DNA of 64,000 nt. Origin: Antechinus flavipes (Eukaryota). Below are positions 1-11,397 of this stretch, one piece after another. The stretch spans positions 657,944,001 to 658,008,000 of the forward strand of contig NC_067398.1 of assembly GCF_016432865.1 (NCBI RefSeq), in the 5' to 3' direction. Each line of letters starts with the position of its first letter. Within the stretch, counting starts at the first letter, position 1. A program made the position numbers and the translations under genes. The notes below the pieces were generated by a model. That model was not told where the DNA came from, did not search any database, and was given only the letters and a program-made list of their open reading frames with translations.

Positions 1-257
1 CAGAAATAACACAGATTTCAAACTACATTAACTTGGAAGGTGATGATATTAATAATTATTGAATCAGGTATCATCCTCACCATCATCAATTGATGTAGTT
101 AGTCAACATGCAATAGAGGCACAACAGAAATCAGGACATTTTAGGGAGAGGCAGGTTTGGGGTGAAGAGAATCATATCATTTTTGTACAGGCAAACCAGC
201 TTCCTAAAACCTAAGTGGATCAACATAAAAAGAGATTGGGAACATTTCCTTAAATCA

Positions 258-405
258 NNNNNNNNNNNNNNNNNNNNNNNNNNNNNNNNNNNNNNNNNNN
301 NNNNNNNNNNNNNNNNNNNNNNNNNNNNNNNNNNNNNNNNNNNNNNNNNNNNNNNNNNNNNNNNNNNNNNNNNNNNNNNNNNNNNNNNNNNNNNNNNNNN
401 NNNNT
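258..405. other. Assembly gap
   Basis: N run. Confidence 1.
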
Positions 406-501
406 GACTTGCCCAGGGTCATCCAGCCAGGAAGTGTTGTGTCTGAGGCTAGATTTGAACTCAGGGCTGGTGCTCTATCCACTGCACCACCTAGATGCCT
501 C
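406..501 (-). mobile_element. WSINE1-type tRNA-derived SINE fragment running into an N-gap
   Basis: tgacttgcccagggtca...ctatccactgcaccacctag consensus segments. Confidence 0.75.
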
Positions 502-1320
502 CGACATATATTTTTTAGAGTCCTAAGATTCCCATTTCCTTTACCCTTGGGGAAACTTCAGCCAGAGAAAGGAAGAAATCAGCTCTTCTCTTTATGTTCC
601 CTTTTTCCAAATGGCTAGAAGGAATGCAGATCAAACATAAGGAAGGGGAAGTTGAGCAAGATTGTTCTGAAGCTGGGCATGAACCCAAAGCAGAGCTACC
701 CGAGGCAGCTCAGATAGAGCAGACCAAGAGTGGGCATGCCAGTGCAGACCAGACAAAGCCAGGCTGAGTTTTCAGCTGGTTGGGCCACGGCCACTAATAT
801 TGCCAGCACAACTGATGAGATACTGAGTAACTAGGTGGGACTGACAGAGAAAGACCAAAATATTGAAGGAATTATTCCTTGGGACAAGCATGGAAGCGCA
901 CTGATGTGATCAGTTAAACCTTAAAGTCCTCCGGGGAGTTCAGGGTAGCCCCACCTTGCTATATCCAGTTAAAAATATGAGTTATTTCAAATCTCCAAAA
1001 TTAAATCTGTCCATGGCTCCTGCCATCTTTGCTGAACCCCTTTTGAGTTACAGCCCACCACAACACTCTGCCTTATGGTGTGTTTTCCTTCCCCTTCCCC
1101 CATGCCACGTGAGGGGGAGCCTCCTCCTCTCATCACCCCTTCCCCATGTGTCATGGTGTCTTTCTCCTTCTTATAACTAACTAATTCTTTTAAGCTGCTA
1201 AACTCCTCTATTAGATCTAGCCTGGCAGTTAAGGGCATGCTCCCTTCTCATGGAGTATATCCTTACTCCTGTTACTTGTGAGTTCCACTAGTAAACTTGT
1301 CTTTTCCATCATTAATTGTT

Positions 1321-1490
1321 GGGGTTTTTTTGTTATTATTGTTTATTTGTTTTTGCTGAGGCAATTGGAGCTAAGTGACTTACCCAGGGTCACATAGCCA
1401 GGAAGTGTTAAGTGTCTGAGGCAACATTTGAACTCAGGTCCTCCTGACTTCAGGGCTGGTACTCTATCTACTATGCCATCTAGCTGCCTC
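1321..1490 (-). mobile_element. WSINE1-type SINE with 18-bp TSD
   Basis: Full SINE body and T-rich tail. tttc(c/t)atcattaattgtt at 1303-1320 and 1491-1508. Confidence 0.85.
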
Positions 1491-1876
1491 TTTCTATCAT
1501 TAATTGTTAAAACTCTTTTCCTTGCTAACTGTTGCTTTCCCAACTCTATTTTATATTTACTATTCCTGGTTTCTATTATACCCCTTCATTTTGTCTGAAA
1601 TCTTTTCTCTTAAATAAACCTACCTTTTGCCAAAAAGAATGGCCATTGTGAATTCTTCATATGATCAAACATGATTCAGTGCCTGATGTTAACCCTGAAC
1701 ACAAACTTTGGCTTCCCAAGACATATCACAATGAGATTAGGCAAACTGCAATTCAAAGATTCCTTCTTCCCTTTTCCCACAGAGTATTTGCTGAGGAATT
1801 ATATCCCATTCATGCTAAAAACCTATGCAATATTTTTCTTTTCCATCCCCAAATCCCAGCCTATATTTGGAAAGGA

Positions 1877-2004
1877 NNNNNNNNNNNNNNNNNNNNNNNN
1901 NNNNNNNNNNNNNNNNNNNNNNNNNNNNNNNNNNNNNNNNNNNNNNNNNNNNNNNNNNNNNNNNNNNNNNNNNNNNNNNNNNNNNNNNNNNNNNNNNNNN
2001 NNNN
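1877..2004. other. Assembly gap
   Basis: N run. Confidence 1.
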
Positions 2005-2099
2005 TCCCACTTATCTTCTTTTTCATCCTAAATGGATTAATTTTGTTTAAGCAAAATCTTTTCTATATTTATATAATCAAAAGAAATTCTCTAATAGAT

Positions 2100-4900
2100 A
2101 AGTGATCAAAATATAAATAAGTTTCTCTTTTTTCATTTATTAATTGTTTTGTTTTTCTGGTTATGCATGAATATTCTTTTTTTGATTTTTTATGAATCAC
2201 ATTGGTAGAGAAAAATCAAAACAAAAGGGAAAAACCATGAGAGGAAAAAAAAGTGAACATAGCATGTGTTGATTTACATTCAATCTCCACTGATCTCTTT
2301 CTGGATGCAAGTGGTATTTTCTACTCAGAATTTATTGGAATTGCTTTGGAACCCTGAACTACTGAGAAAAAACAAATCTTTCATAGTTAATCATCACAGT
2401 CTTGCTATTACTGTATACAATATATTCCTAGTTCTGCTTGTTTTGCTCAGCATCAATTCATGTAAATCTTTCCAGGTCTTTCTAAAATTAGTTTGTTCAT
2501 CATTTTTTATAGAAGAATAGTATTCCATTACTTTCATATTCCATCACTTATTCATCTATTCCCTAATTGATGGGCATCTACTCATTTTCCAATTCTATCA
2601 CAAAAAGAGGTGCTACAAACATTTTTGCACATGTGGATCCTTATTTCCTTAGGATACAGATCCAGTAGTTACATTGATGGGTTAAAAAGTATGCACAGTT
2701 TGATAGCCCAAAGGACATAGTTCTAAATTGCTCTCCAAAATGCAACTCCACCAACAATGCATCAATGTCCCAGTTTTCCCACACCCCTTCCAACATTTAT
2801 CATTATCTTTTCCTATCATCTTGGTCAATCCAAGAGATGTGAGGTGTTACCTCAGAGTTGAACAAATTTCTCAAGAATTGAAAACTATTAACAATTATAT
2901 AAAAGAATGTTCCAAATTACTAATAATAAGAGAAAAATAAATCAAAACAGCCCTGAGGTTTTGCCTCATATGCAGCAAAATAGCAAAAATGGTGAAAGAT
3001 GGGAATAATCAATATTGGAGGGGCTATTGGAAGGCAGGCACATTAATAGATTGTTAATAAAGTTGTGAAGTGGTACAATGGAAATCAATTTGGAACTATG
3101 CAAATAAAGTGATTAATGTGCTTATAACTTTTGACCCAGAAATTCCATAATTAGGTTTATTTTCCAAGAAGGTCATTAATAAGAAAGTCAACATTTTATG
3201 TGTTTACTATTATTTTAAGGAATTAATAAATATTTTCAAATTTTAACATTTTAAACTACTAATATAGTAAATATTAATAGAGGTAGCTCGATGGTGCAGT
3301 GGATAGAACGCCTTGGTTCCTGAGTCAGAGAGTCTCTTCCTGACTTCAAATTTGGCCTCAGCCACTAGCTTTGTAACCCTAGGCAAATCATTTAACCATA
3401 TTTGCCTCAATTTCCTCATCTGTAAAATGAGATAAGGAAATGGCTATCTTTGCCAATAAAATCCTAACTGGGGTCGTGAAGAGTTGGACATGACTAAAAC
3501 GCTGGACAACAAATATTAAGAGATGTAACCCATATCCAAAAAACTCTTTGGAGGATTCTCAATAATTTTTAAGGGTGCAAAAGGGTTCAGAAACCAAAAA
3601 TTTTAAGAACTGCTGAACTTTAATCCAATCTATGTTCAGCTGGAGGAGAAAGAGACTACAAAGGCTATTCAGCATTGATCGGAGAGCCATCTGGTGGCCA
3701 AACAATGTATTTATTTTTCCCCTTCCTCCCACCTTTCTTTTTTTTAAAAAAAAAAAAAAACTATTTAAAGAATTGACTGTTCACATGACAGCCTGATGCT
3801 CTCTGTAATACAGAAATCAGAGGAAAATAAATTCACTAATTGGTACATTTCTAACACTAGCACCATACTACACCCTGTCATAAAATATTAACTTTAAGTC
3901 AATACAGCATTCATTTAAAAAAAAAAAAAAATCCTGCAAGAAATGGAAGATGCAGATCTGGAGCCCAGGGAGAGAAATATGATTGGGAATCCTCTATACA
4001 AAGGTGATTATTGAAGTAAAAGAATAGATGGAAAATATCATGGGTGGTGAGCATAAAACCTTTGAGGACATTTATATGTAAAGAACTAGAGGACAGGTAT
4101 CCTATTGGGAGATGGCTAACCAAATTATGGAATATATATATAATGGAATATCACTGACCCACAAGAAATGATGAAATGGACAATTTCAGAGGAATTGAGG
4201 AATCAAGTTCATGAACTTGATTTAATAGTACTCTTTGGTCCTTTGATCTTTGTGGGGGACCTGGGTCAGAAAATCCTGAATCTTCTGGCTTTGGACAACC
4301 ACCCACCACCTACCCTTAATTCGCCTGGAGATTACTCCTCAAGCCACCACCCTCTACCTTAATTCTCCAGGAAATTACTCTTTAGACCACCACTTTCTAC
4401 CCTTAATTCATCTGGAGAGCTATCCCTAGCCCCAAGCTACAGAAGGCTAAATAAAATTGAACTCTGTCTCTAAATTCCCTGCTACTTTCCTAATCAGGAT
4501 CTTAGCCCACTAAGAGAACCCTCAATGTGAATAAATCCTCTTTTGCCAACCTTAACTTGGAGCCGGGGACTGCAAATTCTTTTGCAAAACTTGCAACACC
4601 TGTCTGGAGACCCCCAAACACTGTTAGGGTGTCTCATCCCTCAACAAACTGATATAGTGCCAAGTGAACAAAAGTGAGAGAACAATTTCTACAATGACAT
4701 GATAGGGAGAAAAAATGGTTTTTAGACTTTAGGATTCTGATCAACCCAATGAGGAACCATAAATCCAAAGGAATGAAAGTGGAAGGACTAAGGAATGTGT
4801 AGTGACGGAGAAGGCAAGGGAAACTGGAATCCCAAAAGCGACAGTTAATTGCCACATGTGGAAGAGAGTTACTTGGAGATCACGGAACCGATGAGCAATG
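2100..4900. mobile_element. Degraded L1 3'-end fragments in both orientations plus a MIR-like SINE (about 3280-3510)
   Basis: Typical marsupial L1 3' UTR phrases (catcaattcatgtaaatcttt, gatgggcatctactcattttcc, ggaaatcaatttggaactatg). CORE-SINE motif ctcatctgtaaaatgag. Confidence 0.65.
4218..4646 (+). mobile_element. Solo LTR (429 bp, ERV1-like) inserted in an L1 remnant
   Basis: TG...CA termini, exact 4-bp TSD AACT (4214-4217, 4647-4650), internal AATAAA. Removing it restores the L1-like catgaactgat. Contains three copies of an approximately 40-bp repeat. Confidence 0.8.
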
Positions 4901-5284
4901 GGATGAACCAAGGTTGGACTTTAGCAGGGTCAGAAGTCCGGAAGCATCAGAAAATGAGGGATGTGGTGTCCCCGGGGGAAGTTAGGCCTCGGACACACAC
5001 AGACATATTCTCAAAGTAAGAAGCGCACATCTTCCTAGGCACACAGTGCTCACACACACACTTCCAAAACCAAACACACACAGGGAGATTGTGTCGGGGA
5101 CTCTGGATTCAACCCCCTATTCTGCCTCTGTGTAACCTTGGCAATGAGCTGTCCCTTTCTAGTCCCATCGGTAAACCAGGACTAGCTAGGTTGTAATTCC
5201 GTTCTGGTCAATCCCTAACCAGTTCCTACCCTGACTGATTGAAAGGAATAAAAGAGGTAAAGGGGGAAGGCGGGAGAAATGGGG

Positions 5285-5490
5285 CAGATCGGTTGCCATT
5301 GGCCGTAGCTGGTGGCGCCCACCCAATCAGCAGCCTCTCACCCCGCCCCTTACTGGTCCAGGAATGCGGCGCGCAGAAGCTAACGGGCAGGTGCAAGCGC
5401 CCGTGACATCCCGGCAGCCCGCTAGGTTTTCGCTGCGGCCCATACCTGAGGCCTGGACCAGACAGACCGGGGCCCAGTTTCAGGGTGAGC
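5285..5490 (+). promoter_or_regulatory. CpG-rich promoter and probable non-coding first exon of the PLPP3-like gene
   Basis: ATTGG 5298-5302, CCAAT 5323-5327, GC box CCCCGCCCC 5341-5349, local CpG enrichment, strong donor AGG|GTGAGC at 5484/5485. Candidate acceptors at 6672 and 6684 lie just upstream of the ATG at 6703. Confidence 0.55.
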
Positions 5491-6702
5491 AGCCAGATCC
5501 AAATCACGTATCGTTGAAACATATTCTGGAAACTGAATGGAACTGGGGTTGGATGTATACTAAGGGCACACCCTGAGCTCCGATCCTTGCCCAGGCCGGA
5601 CACAGCCCTCCCACCTTCGGGCATCGCCTGGGCCCAAGCTCCAGCCTCAGGACCAACCCAGCCCCCAATACCCAGTTTCAAATCCAGCCTTCTCCTGGGC
5701 TCCACACCTCCAAATCCAGACCCTTCCCAGCTCCTGGCCCATCCCTGTGCCTGGAAAGTACACTGCTCTTAAACCAGGGAATCCAGATTTGAATCCCGTC
5801 TATTTACTGCCTGTGTGACCATGGGCAAGCCACTTCTCAATGGCCCTTAGTTTTCTCTTCCTGTGAAGAGGCTGGAGCCTTCCTTCTAGTTTATAACCAG
5901 ATGGCCTTCTGGCCCTTACCTCCAGACATTACCCCAACCCAACTATTAGCTTCTAGATCCATCCCTCCAGATCTGACTCAGTCCTAGACACCAAAATTAC
6001 TCGGGCCCTTCCAGCTGTGAACTTTTGTCTTCAAGCCCAAACCCCAAAAGCCCAGGGAAGGATGATCCCCAGGAACCTTCTTTCCTTTATCATCCTCTTT
6101 TCCTTTTCTCCCTACTCTTGGCTAAATCTTTTGGCCTGGACTTACAGGTCCTTGATAAAAGTGCCTTTTACCAGCTCTCTTCCCCTCCCCCCACAGTAAC
6201 TCAACAGTTCATCCCTTCCCATCTATCCTCTTGATGTTCTGTGGTTCTTTCCTCAGTGTCACCTCCAAAGTCCCCTTCCTCTTCAGCTTTCCCTCCCTCA
6301 CTTTCTGCATAATATTTCTGCCTTCAATATTTCCCAGGGCTTTGTACTCCCCCTACACATTATCCCCACATGGATGACTCAAGGTTGAACCAGCCTTCAC
6401 TCTCTCCCTCAGTTCTATCTCCACCCAACTGGACCCAAAGCCTTCCCTCCTCTGTTCTCTGCCTGTCTCTGCCTGCCTGGAACATCTGAACTTGACCAGT
6501 GTCCAGGGCAGTTGACCCAAACCCTTTACTCTTCCAGTCTCCACCAAAAAGAATAGGGTAAGAAGGGCTGTCATGTTAGCATTCCCACACTTCACCCAAT
6601 CCACAAGGCCCTTGGGCAACCTATCCCCCTACTCTGGAAGACAAGCAGGTGCCCCTTTTAAATTGGTTTTAGGTAGGACCTCAGATTCCTTTCACTGTCT
6701 TC

Positions 6703-9700
6703 ATGAGCAAGCCAGAGTTTGAAGAGCCAGACTGCCAGGTTTTGGCCAAGCAAGAGTCCGAGCATCAAGTCTGGCCTGAGGACAGACACACAGACCAAGT
6801 GACTGCTCAAAAGAACAGTTCATATGCCCATGGCTACAATAAGAAATTACTCTTGGTGGACCTGATCTGCATCCTTCTGGGTAAGTCCATTGGCCAACTG
6901 AAGGCTGAAGTTCAAGGATAGGGTCACAGGAGTAGGTCAAGCATAGCAGGGGGTTCTTCTTTTGGGAGAGGGGCTAGAATGTAGCATGAGCAGCTTTATA
7001 TAAAGTTCCTCAGGCCTAGGGAGCTCAGGAATGAGTTCAATATCCCTTGTTCCTCCTTTCTGCTTCTGACCTGGAACACTTGTAGACCTGTGTGTAGGTG
7101 AAGGGCAGCCAACAGGTCTGGAGGGTGAATGAACAGGAGGAGTCACCAGTAATCTGGCTCACCTCCACCCCAGGTTCTACTCCAACTCTTATTTGTTGTA
7201 GCAAGGCAGAAGAAAACTAGATTGGGAGTGGGAGAAACTGGGTTTTTATATCTGCCCCACCAATTATTTACTAGGTTCTTAGGGAAATCATATTGCTCTC
7301 TCTGGACCTCAGTTTCTCAAGTGAGTAGACTGGACTAAATGATTTTTAAGGGCTTTATGGTTCCAAATCCTGTAGTCTCATTAATGACTCCTTGTTCCAA
7401 TTCTTTCCCCCACTCCCACTGGTCAGGTATGTCACTTTGCTTGGAAGGGTGCAGAGCAACTCCATGCCCACAGCCCTACATCTAAGGATTCCATCAGAGG
7501 AAGAAACTGGGACCAGTCACCTTAGTGTACAATTCAAGTTTTCCAGCCATGTACCAGCTCCTGACACATATTTTTGAGCTGGTGACTCTCTGGAGGAGGT
7601 CAATATGTATTATGAACAAGGAATTCTAGGACAGCCCAAGACCCCCTTCTTCCATGTCATACCTGTCTCAAAACACACCCTGACACAATTACAGAAACAC
7701 TCACTTCCACAAGAGAATCAGGGGCTCACACCCCTGTTTGGATGCTCACAATCCCAGACTTTTTCCCAGCACCAGGAGGGAAACACAGGCCAGACTACCC
7801 TTCCATTCCACCTTCAGAGAGCAGAAAGACAGCCAGAATAGTGACCATATTATCATCCCTCATAACTTCTGGTCAGAGTCTGGGCCATTGAGACCCCCTT
7901 CCCTAAGGCTTTCCCTCATCCCATGTTGTAACAAGAAAAACCTGGGAACTATCTTTTCAGGAAAGTTGGATTTCTTCCATGCCCCTCCCTGCCCTGAACA
8001 TGTGCAGCTCTAGACCTTCATCTTGTGTGATAATTTAGGAAATCACTGGAAATATTGTTCTATTTCCTAGTCTTCATTCCCTTCTTCCTGTGTGAGGCAA
8101 ATATCATAGACCCCATCCATGTTGGCTTCTTCTGCGAAGACAGTAGCATCAAATACCCACTAAAAGTTCCGACCATTGACAAAACAATCCTCGCCTGCAC
8201 CGGCCTTTTCATCTCCATCACCTCTGTAAGTGGGGAAGGGAGAAGGAGCACTTCTTAACCAATGCCCTTCCTTTCTCTAGGCCTTGGTTTTGTCATCTGC
8301 AAAATGTTGGGGTTGAAAAAATTTATTGCTAAGGTGTCTTCCAACTCAACTAGTCTCATACCCTAAGGTCCTTTCTAGCTCTGATATTCTATGAATATCT
8401 ATGCAACCAGGCCCAACAAATAAAATATACAGCATCAATTCGTTCCTCAAAGCGCTATCACATAGTTGAATCTGAAGTCAAAATCTGACCTCCAATTCTT
8501 GCTAGTTCTGTCATCTTAGGCAAGCCATTTACCCTAATCTGTTTTCTCATTTGTAAAATGGGGGAAATAATAGTATTTTTCATTTCTATATTAATTTAAG
8601 ATAGAACTTTCTCAACCCCATGAGGCACATCATAGTAGTATTGAGCCTTAAGGGATTAAATGAGATAATGACAGAATAAGTTTTGAAAGTACTTTATAAA
8701 ATCAACATTATTACTCTTTCTTTGGGTAAGAGAAGTCCCAACTCTCTGGACTCAAGAGTCAGAAAGACCTGAATTTGAATTCTGCCTCAGATACTTATTA
8801 GCTATGTGATACCAGGGGAATTTTTCTGTGATTCAGTTTTCTCGGAGGATAATACCACCTCCCAAAGTTGTGAAGATCGACTGAGACATGTAAAACTTTG
8901 CAAATCTTAAAATGCTGTAAAAATGCTTGTTCTTATTATTCAGAAAATTGATCTTTTTTCTGGCAACATGAGAGATCCTACTTTTTTTTTTTTAATGACT
9001 AGCAGAAACTTGTCATTTTCTTGATCAATGAGGAAAGTTCTATATTTTCCCACACATCAAAAATCCTACCTTAGGGAAGGGGCTTGTAGAGGGAATCTGG
9101 CCTTTACCCCCACCTAGATGGAGAAAGATGTCAGGCTTTTGCCCATCCCTCAAATGGAACAAGAGCCATCATACATATGGATGATGCTGGGGGAAGTATG
9201 TAATTAAATTAACTGCCTGATTTCAACTCCTCACATTCCCAACTTTGATTTCAATGGATTCAAACTAGGTTTCCAAGATAGACTCTTACAAATCTGTCAG
9301 AAGCTTAGGGAGGATAATGGGTCTCTTGGGACAAAGTGGGTAATGGATTCAAATGCTGCCACAGATCATCCTGGGAGAATTACAGTGGTTACGCTTTCAG
9401 GAACTGACCTCACCAGTGCTGCTGAGCAGCACCTACATGACCATGCTCTATAGAGAGCTGAGTGCCTTCTTCTTTGGAGTCGCTGTGAATCAGTCTTTCA
9501 CCAGTATTTTCAAGATTGTCACAGGTCGCCTTCGCCCCAACTTCCTGGATGTGTGCCAGCCAGCCTACTTGCAATGCAGCATTGGCTATATCACCAACTA
9601 TAGCTGTACTGGGGACCCAATTGAAGTATCCAGGGCCAGGTAAGGGGATACTGCCAGCTAGCTTGGGAAAGAGTGGAGGGGATGGAGTCTGTAGAGAATA

Positions 9701-10939
9701 GTCATTCAAATGGGCAATTGGGTTATAATGGGAAAGGCACTAGACTGGAAGTCACAAGATCTGGATTCAAGTCCCAGAGTCCTTAGCCTTGAGCCTTCTA
9801 GATTAGACATTCAATGTTCTGTGTCCTAAGGACTCTCCTCACTCATATGTTTCCTGATTTAGTAGATGGCTTCTTGCTCTGATCATAGGTGTTTTACTGT
9901 TCTGTGATTTGTTTGGGGGTATCCATAGCAAAGACTGCCGTAGAAAGTCTTGTATTCCAGCATCCTTTAGGATTTGCATTTCATTAGCTGCCCCTCTTGC
10001 CTACCACTGCAGGAAATCCTTCTTTTCTGGTCATGCTGCCTTCTCTATGTACTGTGTGATCTATCTGATGGTGAGTATCTGTGAAAGGAAGAATGGGAGG
10101 AGGCCATGGGTCTGCACAGAATCCAAAGATGATTCCATTGTGCTCCCAGAGAGAGGCTGTGGAGCTGAGCACAGCATGGCACAACCCAAACAGAACTGGC
10201 TTTTGTCACCCAGGCAGCCTTTGTCTGGGAAGCCAAGCAGCCATGCCAGGTCATGTGAGAGTAGTGGGACAGGCAAAAAGCCAGAATCCAGCCCTCTGGG
10301 AGGGCTGGGCCTCTTATTGTCCCTCTACCTCCAGCTCTACCTGCAGGCTCGAATGATTTGGAAGGGGTCCAAATGGCTCCGGCTCATGCTTCAAACTATC
10401 CTTATACCCTTGCCCTTGGTGGTGGGCTACATTGGAGTTCAAAATTATTGGCATCATCTTTCAGACATATTCGCTGGCCTTTTACAGGGGCTGATCACAG
10501 CCTTGTGGGTGGTAAGTTCCACCCTTAGGGAAATGGGAACATTAGGGAGCCCCAGATAGTTGTATGAGGATTCTAGTATAGAAAAAAGGATGACCTGACT
10601 GGGACTTGGAACCTTGATATGTGATCTTGAGCAAATTGCTTCCTCCCTGTGAAATGGAGTTTGTGGGGTTGGTGATAAATGGTAAAGCATTCTGAAGTGA
10701 TGAGAATAGGCAGAGATCAGGAAAGAAAGCTTAGGACTATCCCCACCCATAATTCTGGGAGGGATCTGGGACCTTAGATGCCAGAGGTAAGACTGGAATA
10801 GAGAACACACTGCCTTAGTACACCCTTCTTTCCACAGGTCTTCTTTATCTCGGATATATTTTCTTCTGAAAAGTGCTTGTCTTCAGGCTCTTCCTCCTGC
10901 TCTGAAAACCAGGCTTCAAATGAACAGACTAGTTGCTAA
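6703..10939 (+). CDS. PLPP3-like type 2 phosphatidic acid / lipid phosphate phosphatase (PAP2 family) paralog, 314 aa, 6 coding exons
   Basis: Exons 6703-6880, 8071-8225, 9365-9639, 10013-10070, 10335-10511, 10838-10939 (945 nt, phases 1,0,2,0,0). All introns are GT-AG and there is no internal stop. Translation contains DLICILLVFIPF, GFFCEDSSIKYPLK, KIVTGRLRP (C1), RKSFFSGHA (C2), LYLQAR..WKG, HHLSD (C3) and VFFISDIF. These are collinear with PLPP3 as recalled, and the 58-nt and 177-nt exons match it. Divergent termini and the genomic position argue against the PLPP3 ortholog. Confidence 0.9.
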
Positions 10940-11207
10940 TCTTGGGGTCCCTCAACCCCCAGCAGTCCATCAGCCACAGGAAGCTTGGTGTTCTCCCACC
11001 ACTACATCCTATTGCCCCCTCTCTTCTTTCCTACCTCCCCAAACATTTTCAATATTGTTTGAAGATCATGGGTCAACAAATGCAAACTCTACTCTTTCAC
11101 AAAAGTCCTCAACACAACCTGAAGATACCAAGTGACTGGAAGGAATAAGGCAATAGGAAATCCCACCTTCACCTTCATGAGCAATACTCAGCTATAAAAC
11201 TGTAAAG

Positions 11208-11397
11208 CAGGGGTCCTCAAACTATGGCCTGCGGGGCAGATGTGGCAGCTGAGGAAGTTTATCCCCCCTCACCCAGGGCTATGAAGTTTATTTAAAGGAC
11301 CACAAAACAAAAGTTTTTGTTTTTACTATAGTCTGGCCCTCTAACAGTCTGAGGGACAGTGAACTGGCCCCCTATTTAAAAAGTTTGAGAACCCCTA
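11208..11397. mobile_element. 190-bp non-autonomous hAT/Charlie MITE, OC1 (OposCharlie1)-like
   Basis: TIRs CAGGGGTCCTCAAACT and AGTTTGAGAACCCCTA. Degenerate 8-bp TSD ctgtaaag/aagtaaac. The family match is from memory. Confidence 0.7.

Larger units (their letters stand above)
91..1728 (+). mobile_element. Probable long solo LTR (ERV1-like) interrupted by two SINEs and an N-gap
   Basis: Starts TGATGT, ends ATATCA, 4-bp CAAT flanks both ends (87-90, 1729-1732). AATAAA near 1613 followed by a U5-like segment. The left boundary is inferred. Confidence 0.5.

Noticed and set aside
162-2105. ORFs containing X runs, also at 19188-19643
   Set aside because: They are open only because they cross N-gaps.
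4300-4420. Repeat-spacer-like periodicity here and at 34620-35920
   Set aside because: Eukaryotic context, degenerate units without unique spacers of uniform length. Not a CRISPR array.
9909-10559. 216-aa ORF as a single-exon gene
   Set aside because: It is PLPP-like exons 4 and 5 joined through an in-frame 264-nt intron with good GT-AG sites. Only the exon parts resemble PAP2 proteins.
6703-10939. Calling this gene PLPP3 or PLPP2
   Set aside because: Termini, C3 motif and locus differ from PLPP3. C2 reads FSGH as in PLPP3 and the N-terminus is long, unlike PLPP2 as recalled. Orthology needs a tree, so no symbol is given.
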